From an uncultured Acidobacteriota bacterium (GTDB lineage: Bacteria; Acidobacteriota; UBA6911; RPQK01; JAPXNP01), in NCBI GenBank assembly GCA_963777605.1, contig CAVZRV010000035.1, positions 256,001-320,000 on the forward strand: a DNA stretch of 64,000 nucleotides, given 5' to 3'. This document shows, in pieces, positions 18,279 to 27,459 of the stretch. The number at the start of each line of letters is the position of its first letter. Positions within the stretch are counted from its first letter, which is position 1. A program made the position numbers and the translations under genes. The notes beneath the pieces were generated by a model. The model did not search any database, was not told where the DNA came from, and saw nothing but the letters and a program-made list of their open reading frames with translations.

Positions 18279-19346
18279 TCAATGCCTCTGGGGGCCGTAA
18301 ATCACCGCTCCATGCGCAAGCCCGGGGATAATTCCGAGCAGGCCGTAGCCAATGGTCTTGGCGGCGCTTCCCGGGACGAAGATGACGTCGTCCGGTCGAA
18401 CCGGGTAGTCCGGGGATTTCCCTTTGAGGATCGCGGCGAAGTCGAGCTTGAGTTCCTGGCGGCTGCCGGACTCGCCTTCCCGCACCAGGATCCCGTCACT
18501 CATCTTTGCCGTCCGGGTAGGCCCTCCGGCGGACGAGAGGGCCTGGGTGGCCAGCAGTTGCTCTCCCTGGGGAATCTCGTAGGCGCCGGGATGCCCGACA
18601 TCGCCAACCACGTAGAAGAAATTCCGCTTTCGCTCGGGCACATAGAACACGTCGCCACCCTTGAGCGAAACGTTAAGCGCGATCTGGCTCCCCTCCCGAA
18701 GGGCGTCGATATCAACCGGGATCACCTGGTAGTCGGGGGACTCTTGAACGGAGTCTCCGCCGGCCATTTTCGGCGTCTCCTCTGTCGTCACTTCACCCTT
18801 TGCAGACAATGCTGACGCCCCCCGACGGTAGAGGTAGGCGGTTGAACTGGCCACCTCGTTAGCGCCGCCGGCCATCGTGAGCAGGTCCATCAGGTGCATC
18901 TGCTTGTCCATGATGATGAACTGACCGGGCATCATCACTTCCCCGAGGCAGTAAACAGGCTGCCCTCGATACTCCGTCACAAAGACGTGTACCTTTGGAT
19001 CGCGAATCAACTGCTTCTCCTCGAGCCGGCGTGCAATCCCGGTCTCCAGCTCCGCAGCACTGAGGCCGCCGACGGAAAGTAATCCGAGGTACGGCACGTG
19101 GATCTTGCCCGAGTTGCTGATGCGAGTTTCCTGGTTCAGGTCGTCCAGGCCGAACACCTGGATCGAGAGAAGATCACCCGGTCCCAACCGGTAATCGGGA
19201 GAGGTATCCTGTGCGACCGGTTTCTTCGTGTCCTTGGGCCCGTCCCCTGCCTGAGCCTGCGGCACGCCCCACAAAGCCGACAGGACGGCCAGAATTAAGA
19301 CGAATGATTTCCAGTGTATTTTCATGGCGAAGTCGCTCCGCTTCAT
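18279..19346 (-). CDS. Polysaccharide export protein (Wza/OPX; Poly_export + SLBB), paralogue 2
   Basis: DYRLGPGDLLSIQVFG, GKIHVPYLG, GEVMMPG and VRPDDVIFVP motifs; signal peptide. Confidence 0.9.
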   Translation of the reverse strand: MKRSDFAMKIHWKSFVLILAVLSALWGVPQAQAGDGPKDTKKPVAQDTSPDYRLGPGDLLSIQVFGLDDLNQETRISNSGKIHVPYLGLLSVGGLSAAELETGIARRLEEKQLIRDPKVHVFVTEYRGQPVYCLGEVMMPGQFIIMDKQMHLMDLLTMAGGANEVASSTAYLYRRGASALSAKGEVTTEETPKMAGGDSVQESPDYQVIPVDIDALREGSQIALNVSLKGGDVFYVPERKRNFFYVVGDVGHPGAYEIPQGEQLLATQALSSAGGPTRTAKMSDGILVREGESGSRQELKLDFAAILKGKSPDYPVRPDDVIFVPGSAAKTIGYGLLGIIPGLAHGAVIYGPQRH

Positions 19347-20422
19347 CGAATCGGCCCGTAGATAATTGCGCTCTGAACGATTCCCGGAACAATGTTCAGC
19401 AGCCCGAACCCCACCGTCTTGGCGTTACTGCCAGGAATGAAGATAACGTCGTTGGCCTGGACCAGAATGTCGGGCTGATCGCCCCTCAAAATCGCGCCGA
19501 AGTCCACCGCCATCTCCTTCCGGGAACCCGTCTTGTCGTAACGGACCAGCAGGCCGTCGCCCAGCTTCGCGGTCTTGGTCGGTCCTCCGGCCTGGGAAAT
19601 GGCCTGGGATACCTTGAGCTCGTTTTCCGGAGGCACTTCGAAAGCCCCGGCGCTGTGCACGTCGCCGACCACAAAAAAGGTTTCAATCTTCCGTTCTGGG
19701 ATGAAGAAAGTGTCCCCCCGGCGCATCGCGGGATTGGGAGAAATCACGCCGCCTTCTTTGGCCGGCTGCAGGTCGATCCGGGTAACGGCAGTCTGTGGAG
19801 ATCCAATAGAACCGTCGCCGCTGATCACGGCAGGAGCGACGTTGTCGGAATTGTCGGACTCCGTGATCAGGCGATGGAGATAGCCATAACGGCCCGCTGT
19901 GAAATCGAGCCCGCCCGCAAGCAGGATCGCGTCCATCAGGGTCAGTTGCTGAGACATGATGTACTGGCCCGGACGATCGACCTGCCCCAGGATGTAAATC
20001 GGCTTGGCACGGTACTCGCTAATGTACACGAGCACCTCCGGGTTCTTGATCAGGTTCTCCTCGGCAAGCCGCGTCGAGATCTCGTCTTCCAGTTGGACGG
20101 CCGTCTTTTCAGAAACCTCGAGCGTCCCCAGGTACGGAAGGGAGACACTGCCCGAATTGCTCACCTTCAACGTTTGTGACAGGTCTTTGAGCCCCACGAT
20201 GTGGATCTCCAACACATCTCCAGGACCGATTTTGTAGTCCTCCGACGTGCCCGGGAGGCGAAGGAACTGGAGTTGACGATCATCGGCGACTCGCCCCTTC
20301 ATGCTGTCGTAGTTGTAGGGATAGCCCATGTAGTCACTGCCCTGTGAGCGAACCAGGACATTTGAGACGAGAAAGGTCCCGCACAGGACCAGAAAATGAA
20401 GGACCATTTTGCGGTTATTCAC
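19343..20422 (-). CDS. Polysaccharide export protein (Wza/OPX; Poly_export + SLBB), paralogue 1
   Basis: DYKIGPGDVLEIHIVG, GSVSLPYLG, ILGQVDRPG, VQANDVIFIP. Confidence 0.9.
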   Translation of the reverse strand: MNNRKMVLHFLVLCGTFLVSNVLVRSQGSDYMGYPYNYDSMKGRVADDRQLQFLRLPGTSEDYKIGPGDVLEIHIVGLKDLSQTLKVSNSGSVSLPYLGTLEVSEKTAVQLEDEISTRLAEENLIKNPEVLVYISEYRAKPIYILGQVDRPGQYIMSQQLTLMDAILLAGGLDFTAGRYGYLHRLITESDNSDNVAPAVISGDGSIGSPQTAVTRIDLQPAKEGGVISPNPAMRRGDTFFIPERKIETFFVVGDVHSAGAFEVPPENELKVSQAISQAGGPTKTAKLGDGLLVRYDKTGSRKEMAVDFGAILRGDQPDILVQANDVIFIPGSNAKTVGFGLLNIVPGIVQSAIIYGPIR

Positions 20423-20496
20423 TGGAGTACTCCCTGCATTCGTTGTTGAAAACCCCGCCGGGGATGTCCATTGCGCACTGCCGACCCGAATGGCAT

Positions 20497-21474
20497 TCAG
20501 CGGCGGTAGTTGAAAATCACCTTGGTGCCGTCTCGTTCGAGGCGGAATGGCATCTCTGGAAGAGCGTGAAGCGCCGACCGGACGTCATCCTGTCGATTGC
20601 GGGGACAGTAGAGAAGAAGAAAACCACCACCACCTGCTCCGGCAATCTTACCACCGAGCGCCCCGGCGCTCCGGGCCGCTTCGTACATGCTGTCGATCTC
20701 GCCGTTGGAAACACGGCTCGCCAGTTGTTTCTTGATCTTCCAACTGGTGTCCAGGAGACGCCCGAACTCGTCCACCTCGCCCGCGAGGAGAGTCTCGCGA
20801 GCGACGCCGGCCAAGCGTTTCAGTTCACGCAGCAGCGGAAGCTGGCCGTTCATCCGGCTCACCTGCTCATAGAGGACCGTCTCGGAGCGACGGGTCGTGT
20901 TGGTGAAGAAGAGCATCAGGTTCTCGTTGAGCCGGCGTCGGATGGCATCATCCAGGATGACTGTTGAGACCCCGACGTCGCCGCTGCGCCCAAACTCTAT
21001 GAATCGCTGTCCCCCAAAAGCCGCTATGTACTGATCCTGCTCTCCGATCGGCTTCTTGAGGATGTCGATCTCGATTTCGCAGGCTTCCCTGGCCAAGGTC
21101 GCCGAGTCTTTGGCAACTCCCTGATGGACGTACATCGCGTTCAGTAGCCCGACCGTGACGGTGCTGGAGGAACCCATTCCCGACCCGGCGGACGGTATGT
21201 CCCCCATTGTAGAAACTTCGATCCGCTTCCTTATCCCGGTCTTGCGAAGGCATTCCCGGACAAGTTCGTGCTCGAGCTCGTCGATGTCGTCCACCATTTC
21301 AGTCTTGGTGTATCCAACGCGGATCTTGTCGTCGAACCGCTCCTTGACAATTACGAAGATGTACCGGTCGATTGCACTCGACAGTACACAGCCTACCTCC
21401 TGGCGAAAGAACCCTCTAAAGTCGGTCCCTCCCCCAAAAAAACTGACCCGTAACGGCGTCTGAGTAATGATCAT
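20497..21474 (-). CDS. hddA: GHMP kinase, D-glycero-alpha-D-manno-heptose-7-phosphate kinase-like
   Basis: [46 protein letters not shown]. Confidence 0.8.
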   Translation of the reverse strand: MIITQTPLRVSFFGGGTDFRGFFRQEVGCVLSSAIDRYIFVIVKERFDDKIRVGYTKTEMVDDIDELEHELVRECLRKTGIRKRIEVSTMGDIPSAGSGMGSSSTVTVGLLNAMYVHQGVAKDSATLAREACEIEIDILKKPIGEQDQYIAAFGGQRFIEFGRSGDVGVSTVILDDAIRRRLNENLMLFFTNTTRRSETVLYEQVSRMNGQLPLLRELKRLAGVARETLLAGEVDEFGRLLDTSWKIKKQLASRVSNGEIDSMYEAARSAGALGGKIAGAGGGGFLLLYCPRNRQDDVRSALHALPEMPFRLERDGTKVIFNYRR

Positions 21475-21642
21475 GATCTTGTCCTCCGGCAGGTCTTTCG
21501 CCGGCTGCCCTGTATCTTGAGGCCGGAACTGGGGATATCCCCCACCTCGATCCGGCTGTGCTGTTGGTCACTCTCTCGTCAAAAACGGTGTGCTACTATC
21601 GTGGCTGATCTCACCAGAGGGGCAACTCTTAGGTAAAGCCCA

Positions 21643-23829
21643 ATGAATAAACAGTTTTTTCATTTGTTCCTGATTGTTCTCTGCTTCTCGGCAACCATAT
21701 CGCGAGGCGCTACCTACTACATGTCGCCGAACGGGCGGGACTCCGATCCCGGAACTCGCTCTCAACCCTGGGGAAGTTTCAACCGCGCATGGCAATCGCT
21801 CTACGCGGGAGACGTTCTCGTGCTCCTGGACGGCGTCTATCGACAATCCCTCAACCCCAAGCGCCGCAACGGGCGCGCCGGCAACCCGATAACGATCCGA
21901 GCCGAAAACGACGGTGCCGTCCTCATCGACGGTGACCTCAATGGAGACGGAACCGGGGATATTCTCCCGGTCAAAATCGGCGACACCTGGGAAGGTGAGC
22001 AGGGTGAAAACCCGGTCGGCGACTACTACGTCGTCGAGGGAATCGTCGCCGCCAACAGCAACGATTGGGTCTGGCAGATCTCTGGGAATCACAACGTTTT
22101 CCGACGGATTTCCGGCTACAACGCCAACACCAATGGAAACAGTCACGTGATCGGCATCATCGGCAATTACAACCTGGTCGAAGACGCCGTCGCCTCCGGA
22201 AGCGGCCGAAAGATGTTCGAGATCTTCCACGGCCACGACAACACTTACCGGCGCTGCTTTGCATTCTGGCGGAGGTGGGACGGGAGAAATTGGCACGACC
22301 ACTGGCCATGGGGAGACGGAGTCGAGGTATACAACGGCTCCTTCAACAGCTTTGAGAACGTGATCTCGGTCGGTCATTTCGATTCGATCGGACTCCTGAG
22401 TCAGAACACCCTGGTCGAAGGGAACCAGATCCTGGGGTCGATTTCGATCAGCGGCGGGACCGATCAACTGGGGAACCTCTTCAACTGGGGATCGATCCGC
22501 CCCCAGCCATCCAGTGCCGCCCCGGCGAGTTTTGTGTCCAATCCGGGGTGGTCTTCAAGAAACGGATTCACGATACGGGCCAGCGGTGAATTCAGGGACA
22601 ACCTGCTCCAGGACGTTTTAGCCACCCGCAATGCCGGGCTGGGAGTGGAAGTCAATATTCGCTCAGCAGACTTCGGCGAAACCGCCACCAACAACCGGAT
22701 TAACCGGGCGACTTTCGCCGACAACGGCCACGCCTATAACGGAGCCGACGCCCGGCCGGCCGACCTGGCCCAACTGGATTCGGTGACGGCAAGCCACATC
22801 GAGGTGATCAAGGATCAGTGGGACCGTTCCAGCCCTTCCTTGACGGGCGAAGGGGCCCGCCTGAGGCACCGATACGTTGAAGGCGTTCTCAAGGACGGCT
22901 CGGACGGCTCGGACGCCCAGTCGCTGTGGCCGTGGCCGATGGAAGACCGCATTCGAGCTGAGATCGGCGTTTCGGTGACCAACCTCATCGCGGGCATTAT
23001 CCCCGAGCAGGTGGCGCCAATCACTCCACCGAATAAGGGTTCCCTTGCCGTTTCTCCCGTCTACCTGCCGTTTGGCGTCGTTGAAGGCACCGCGCCCGCA
23101 ACCCGGGAAGTGGTCCTGAAGAACATTGGAAATGCCTCCATTACGGTTACCGGAGACTCCTTTGCTTCGGGTAGCGGATCTGCATTCTCGGTAGCGACGG
23201 GGACCTGTCCGGGTTTTCCGTTTTCCCTCGGCGCATCCCAGAGCTGTACGGTCCGCGTCTCGTTTGCTCCTGGTGCCGGCACGCCCCAAACCGGCGACCT
23301 GGCATTCAAGAGCGTTGGAGCCCCACCTTTCCCGTTCCCTCCGACAGTCTACCTGTCCGGGATATCGCGGATCGTTCCCGACAGAATCCCGCTCCCCGGC
23401 AGGCTGGAGGTCGAACAGTATTCCGGCTCCGCGGGAAGTTTTCAGGTCACCGTGACCGGAGACAATGGCGGAGGACTGAAGATCGGAGGGATCACTCCCG
23501 GCGCCGAAGCACGTTTTGTGATCGACGCCCAGACCGCCGGCACGTACGATATTACGGCAAGAGTCGCTTCGCTCGACAACACCAGCTCCAAGAAGGTAAC
23601 CGTCATGATCGACGGGAAGTCGACAGCCACCTTGAGTCCGGTCTTTACGGGAGGCTGGGAGCAGTTCACCGACATTACGGTCGAAGGAGTCTCGCTTTCG
23701 AAGGGTCAACATGATTTGACGTTGAAGTTCGAGATCGGCGGCTACGACATTAACTACCTCGACTTCGAGTTGAGCGACGGCGCGGCTCCGGCGAGCCCGC
23801 GCAACCTTCGTGTGACTGAGGAAAACTGA
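21643..23829 (+). CDS. Secreted parallel beta-helix protein (polysaccharide lyase-like) + Ig-like domain + CBM6-like module
   Basis: Signal peptide; ATYYMSPNGRDSDPGTRSQPW...AGDVLVLLDGVY...PITIRAENDG (beta-helix N-terminus); LAVSP..LPFG..VVLKNIG..CTVRVSFAP (Ig-like); IPLPGRLEVEQY..TGGWEQF..GGYDINYLDF (CBM6-like). Confidence 0.75.
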   Translation: MNKQFFHLFLIVLCFSATISRGATYYMSPNGRDSDPGTRSQPWGSFNRAWQSLYAGDVLVLLDGVYRQSLNPKRRNGRAGNPITIRAENDGAVLIDGDLNGDGTGDILPVKIGDTWEGEQGENPVGDYYVVEGIVAANSNDWVWQISGNHNVFRRISGYNANTNGNSHVIGIIGNYNLVEDAVASGSGRKMFEIFHGHDNTYRRCFAFWRRWDGRNWHDHWPWGDGVEVYNGSFNSFENVISVGHFDSIGLLSQNTLVEGNQILGSISISGGTDQLGNLFNWGSIRPQPSSAAPASFVSNPGWSSRNGFTIRASGEFRDNLLQDVLATRNAGLGVEVNIRSADFGETATNNRINRATFADNGHAYNGADARPADLAQLDSVTASHIEVIKDQWDRSSPSLTGEGARLRHRYVEGVLKDGSDGSDAQSLWPWPMEDRIRAEIGVSVTNLIAGIIPEQVAPITPPNKGSLAVSPVYLPFGVVEGTAPATREVVLKNIGNASITVTGDSFASGSGSAFSVATGTCPGFPFSLGASQSCTVRVSFAPGAGTPQTGDLAFKSVGAPPFPFPPTVYLSGISRIVPDRIPLPGRLEVEQYSGSAGSFQVTVTGDNGGGLKIGGITPGAEARFVIDAQTAGTYDITARVASLDNTSSKKVTVMIDGKSTATLSPVFTGGWEQFTDITVEGVSLSKGQHDLTLKFEIGGYDINYLDFELSDGAAPASPRNLRVTEEN

Positions 23830-23895
23830 GCCCAGGATGACGTCGCCGAGGGCGCCCGGTTTTGACCCGCACCGGGTTGCGGTGGAGAAAGAACG

Positions 23896-26442
23896 ATGAA
23901 ACAGGGAAGTTCGACGCACCACATCCCGACGGGTTCTCCCGGGAGGAATCGGACCTCTGGAATCGTCCTGACAGCATTCCTGCTTTGCCTTTCCCTTGCC
24001 CAGGGAGCTCCGGAAATCACTTCGATCAGTCACCCGACCAGCGTATCGAAGTTTGGGCGATTCGAAGCCACCTTTCAGGTCGGCTCCACCGTAGCCGACA
24101 ATCTCCAGTGGCCCTACGACTCGGCCCCTCCCAACGGCCTTCCCTCTGCATCGGGGATCTCGGTCGACGGCCTCTTCAGCCCGGACAACTGGGCGACCAT
24201 CTACGTCCAGCCTTCCTTCCTGTCCGAATCCTTTGTAGACGAAGTCCGCGACGGGAAGCCCTGGTACTACCCGACCGGTCAGTACAGCTGGAAAGTCCGC
24301 TTTGCGCCCAACCGCCCGGGAACCTGGGCGTTTCGATTGAGAGCCCACGACGCGGGGGGCACCGTCGAGTCCGCACCACGAACATTTGAGGTTGCGGAGG
24401 CTTCGTCCCCGGGCTTCATCCGAGTGAGCCCGACCGATCCCCGCTATTTCGAATTCGACGATGGGACTCCCTTCCTCGGCCTCGGTTACCAGGCCGCCGC
24501 CGACCTGACCGAAGCAGACTTTCAGAAAATGGCCGCCAACGGGATCCAGTTCCTGCGCATGTGGTGGACGCCCGAATCGATTTTCGGATCGCAGTGGAAC
24601 CCCTATTACGAAATCCGGAATCAGTACCTGGGCTACGTTCCACGCCCCGGTGTCCTTCCTTTTGAGGATGAAGTCGAGGGGAAAACCTCGATCAAGATGC
24701 GCCTCGATTACAAAGCGGACGGCAACACCAGCTGGTTCGATGCCTGCCGGGTGATCGGCTATTGGGGAACTCCAACGGAGGTCAAGCCGAACACCACCTA
24801 CCGGGTGGAGGTCCGCTACCGGGGATTTGGGGTCTCCGGGCCGAGAGACACGGGGCACCAAAACTATGGTCTGGTCGTCAAGACCGACGTCGCCTGGCAG
24901 AACTACTCCCGGGCATTCGACGCCGGAACCGGTTCCGCCGTCACCGGCTATGGCGGGAATACCCCCTCCTCTTGGGGGACAATCACCGGAGAATGGTTTT
25001 CGGGAACGAACAACTTTCTCCCCAAGTTCTTTCTGACCCTGGAAAACGTCCTCGCGGGCCAGGTCTACATCGACACCATTTCCATCCGCGAAAACCTGGG
25101 AGGCGGGCATTTTGGGCCTGAAATCCTCCACAAGCCGTCGATGGAGCATCAGAACTACTTTCAGCAGCACAACTCTCATCACCTCGACCGCCTGGTTGAG
25201 ATGGCCGAACGCAACGGGGTCTACCTGAAGGTGGTCATCCTCGAAAAGAGCGAGGTCATCTCCAAGAAGATCGATTTCGACGGGAACTTCGCCCAGGACA
25301 ACGACGCCTTCTTCTTCGGGCGCGGACGGGAGGTCGGCAAGGTACGCTGGCTTCAACAGGCATGGTGGCGCTACCTTCAGGCCCGTTGGGGGTACTCGAC
25401 TTCGATCCACTCCTGGGAACTGCTCAATGAAGGGGACCCCTACAGCGATCAGCATTACATTCTGGCGGATGAATTCGGCAAGTACATGCATTGCCGGGTC
25501 TTTGGTCGAGCGGTTGGAACCGGCGACAGCGCGAAGTGCACTTATGACCACCCCAACGGTCACCTGGTGACCACCTCTTTCTGGCACTCCCTGCCCGCCC
25601 AGCAGGTCTGGGAGAATCCGCGCTATCCCAACATCGATTACGTGGACGTTCATGCTTACGTCAGTACCGGGTGGATTCGGGACGCCGCCCTGGAGTCCGA
25701 TGCAGCCGGCTACCACCTGGCCTACAGCAGTGCGTCGCGCATTCTGGTCGATTCGGCCGCTTCATCTGCCCACCTCGCGGGCAAACCGATTGTCCGTGGT
25801 GAAGCAGGACTCGATTTGCTCTCGGAGCAGAAGGAAAACCCCGCCCTGTCACAAGACCGGCAGGGTATCTGGCTTCACAACTTCCTCTGGTCATCGCTCG
25901 ACCCGGGAGCCCTCTACGAGTTGTACTGGTGGTCGGAGAATCGGGAGAACCAGCCTGGTCCCGACGGGGTCAAGGGTTTGCACGAGATTTACCGCGGCGT
26001 CGCCGCCTTCCTCTCCGGCCTTCATCTCAACAACGGTCGCTACCAGGACCTTTCCGCCACCACGAACAACCCGGGGTTCCGGGTTGTCGGCCAGAAGGCT
26101 CCCGGCGATGGACTGGCTCATCTCTGGGTTCAAAATCGGTCGCACACCTGGAAGAACGTCGTTTCCGGGGCTCCCATCCCGGCAGCGTCAGGAACGGTCT
26201 CCATCGGTGGATTTGCCGCCGGATCGTCCTTCAAACTGGAACGGTGGGACCCGTACAGCATCGCCAACCCGGCCGTTCCCATTTCAGAGACCGTTGTCAC
26301 GAGCGATGGAGAAGGCCGGCTTTCCATTCAAATACAGAACCTGACAACTGATGCGGCGTTCAAACTCGTGCCCACTGAGAACTCGGGCGGTCCTTCCGAA
26401 CCGGAGCGCCCCCGCAACCTCCGCGTCGTCCAGGACAACTGA
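23896..26442 (+). CDS. Secreted clan GH-A (GH5-like) glycoside hydrolase with DUF5060-like N-terminal Ig domain
   Basis: VSKFGRFEATF, WKVRFAP..PGTW, GFIRVS..DPRYFEFDDG.PF; RYLQARWGYSTSIHSWELLNEG (acid/base NE); DVHAY; KPIVRGEAG (nucleophile). Confidence 0.78.
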   Translation: MKQGSSTHHIPTGSPGRNRTSGIVLTAFLLCLSLAQGAPEITSISHPTSVSKFGRFEATFQVGSTVADNLQWPYDSAPPNGLPSASGISVDGLFSPDNWATIYVQPSFLSESFVDEVRDGKPWYYPTGQYSWKVRFAPNRPGTWAFRLRAHDAGGTVESAPRTFEVAEASSPGFIRVSPTDPRYFEFDDGTPFLGLGYQAAADLTEADFQKMAANGIQFLRMWWTPESIFGSQWNPYYEIRNQYLGYVPRPGVLPFEDEVEGKTSIKMRLDYKADGNTSWFDACRVIGYWGTPTEVKPNTTYRVEVRYRGFGVSGPRDTGHQNYGLVVKTDVAWQNYSRAFDAGTGSAVTGYGGNTPSSWGTITGEWFSGTNNFLPKFFLTLENVLAGQVYIDTISIRENLGGGHFGPEILHKPSMEHQNYFQQHNSHHLDRLVEMAERNGVYLKVVILEKSEVISKKIDFDGNFAQDNDAFFFGRGREVGKVRWLQQAWWRYLQARWGYSTSIHSWELLNEGDPYSDQHYILADEFGKYMHCRVFGRAVGTGDSAKCTYDHPNGHLVTTSFWHSLPAQQVWENPRYPNIDYVDVHAYVSTGWIRDAALESDAAGYHLAYSSASRILVDSAASSAHLAGKPIVRGEAGLDLLSEQKENPALSQDRQGIWLHNFLWSSLDPGALYELYWWSENRENQPGPDGVKGLHEIYRGVAAFLSGLHLNNGRYQDLSATTNNPGFRVVGQKAPGDGLAHLWVQNRSHTWKNVVSGAPIPAASGTVSIGGFAAGSSFKLERWDPYSIANPAVPISETVVTSDGEGRLSIQIQNLTTDAAFKLVPTENSGGPSEPERPRNLRVVQDN

Positions 26443-27459
26443 TCAGCCAGCCTTCCTCCCAGACGCGAGTTCGTCAATCACTTCCCGGAATTTCCGCCTC
26501 GATTCCTCGGCATCGAACTGCTCACAGGCAATCGACCGCATTCGCGCCTGCTGCCGGTTCTTCTCTTCCTCGGAGGCAGCGGCGTAGGCCCTCAGCCTGG
26601 CTTTGAGTTCATCGCCGGTCAGGTAGATGCAGTCGCCGGGTACCATTTCCTCGGCCCCATTCCAACCGTGGACGAGAGTGTAGCACCCCGTGGCCATTGC
26701 CTCTATCGGGGCCACCTGGAGCCCTTCCGAATAGCTGTGGGAAATGAACACGTCGATCTTCTCAAGCCAGGAGGGGGTGTCCTCAACATTGCCATAGAAA
26801 GTAACCCGGTCCTGAATGCCCAGGCGCTCTACGATCCTGCGCAGCGCCAGCGAGTAATCCCCGTGAGCAGGATGATCCGCTCCCCCGATGTGGAGATGGA
26901 ACCGGTCCCCGTCCTTCAGCATCTCGGCAAGCACCAGGATCAGGTCGTAGACACGCTTTCTCGGAATCAGCTGGCATAGCACTCCCAGGTTGCCCCGGTA
27001 GGTTCGTTCGGCCTGCCGGAAGCGGTCTAATGACACGGAACTGATAATCACCCGGGTCTTGGAAGCGTATTCGGGAAATCGTGCTGTGAACTCGCGCCTC
27101 ATGGCCTCACTGACCAGAATTACCCGGTCAACCCTGTTCCAGTTGATCCGTTCGACCCACTCGTACATTTCATACCGATGCAACCGGGTCACGATTCGCG
27201 CCTTCTGCGAAAGCTGGGTCGCCGCAGACAGCAACCCGCTCGCCCACTCGAAGAAGACGACGTCGTTGCGGGCAAGGAATCGGTCCATATCCCGATTCAA
27301 CCGATACCGATTGATTCTCGTGTTGAAGATCGCCAACTGGAATGTCTTGCGTTCGAACTGGGTGACCTCATAGTGACGTTGGAAATCCTCAAAGAGATCC
27401 CGGAAGAAACTCCATGTTTCTTCGATCGCCACACCCAGCCGGATTCCAGAGTCGCTCAC
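26443..27459 (-). CDS. Glycosyltransferase family 4
   Basis: PRKRVYDLI; DVFISHSYSEGLQVAPIEAMATG (ExxxxxxxE). Confidence 0.85.
   Translation of the reverse strand: MSDSGIRLGVAIEETWSFFRDLFEDFQRHYEVTQFERKTFQLAIFNTRINRYRLNRDMDRFLARNDVVFFEWASGLLSAATQLSQKARIVTRLHRYEMYEWVERINWNRVDRVILVSEAMRREFTARFPEYASKTRVIISSVSLDRFRQAERTYRGNLGVLCQLIPRKRVYDLILVLAEMLKDGDRFHLHIGGADHPAHGDYSLALRRIVERLGIQDRVTFYGNVEDTPSWLEKIDVFISHSYSEGLQVAPIEAMATGCYTLVHGWNGAEEMVPGDCIYLTGDELKARLRAYAAASEEEKNRQQARMRSIACEQFDAEESRRKFREVIDELASGRKAG

Noticed and set aside
22663-25716. 1017-aa minus-strand ORF (also 50996-53170+, 11375-13126+, 15262-16914+)
   Set aside because: Antisense shadows of well-supported genes in high-GC DNA, with no recognisable motifs.
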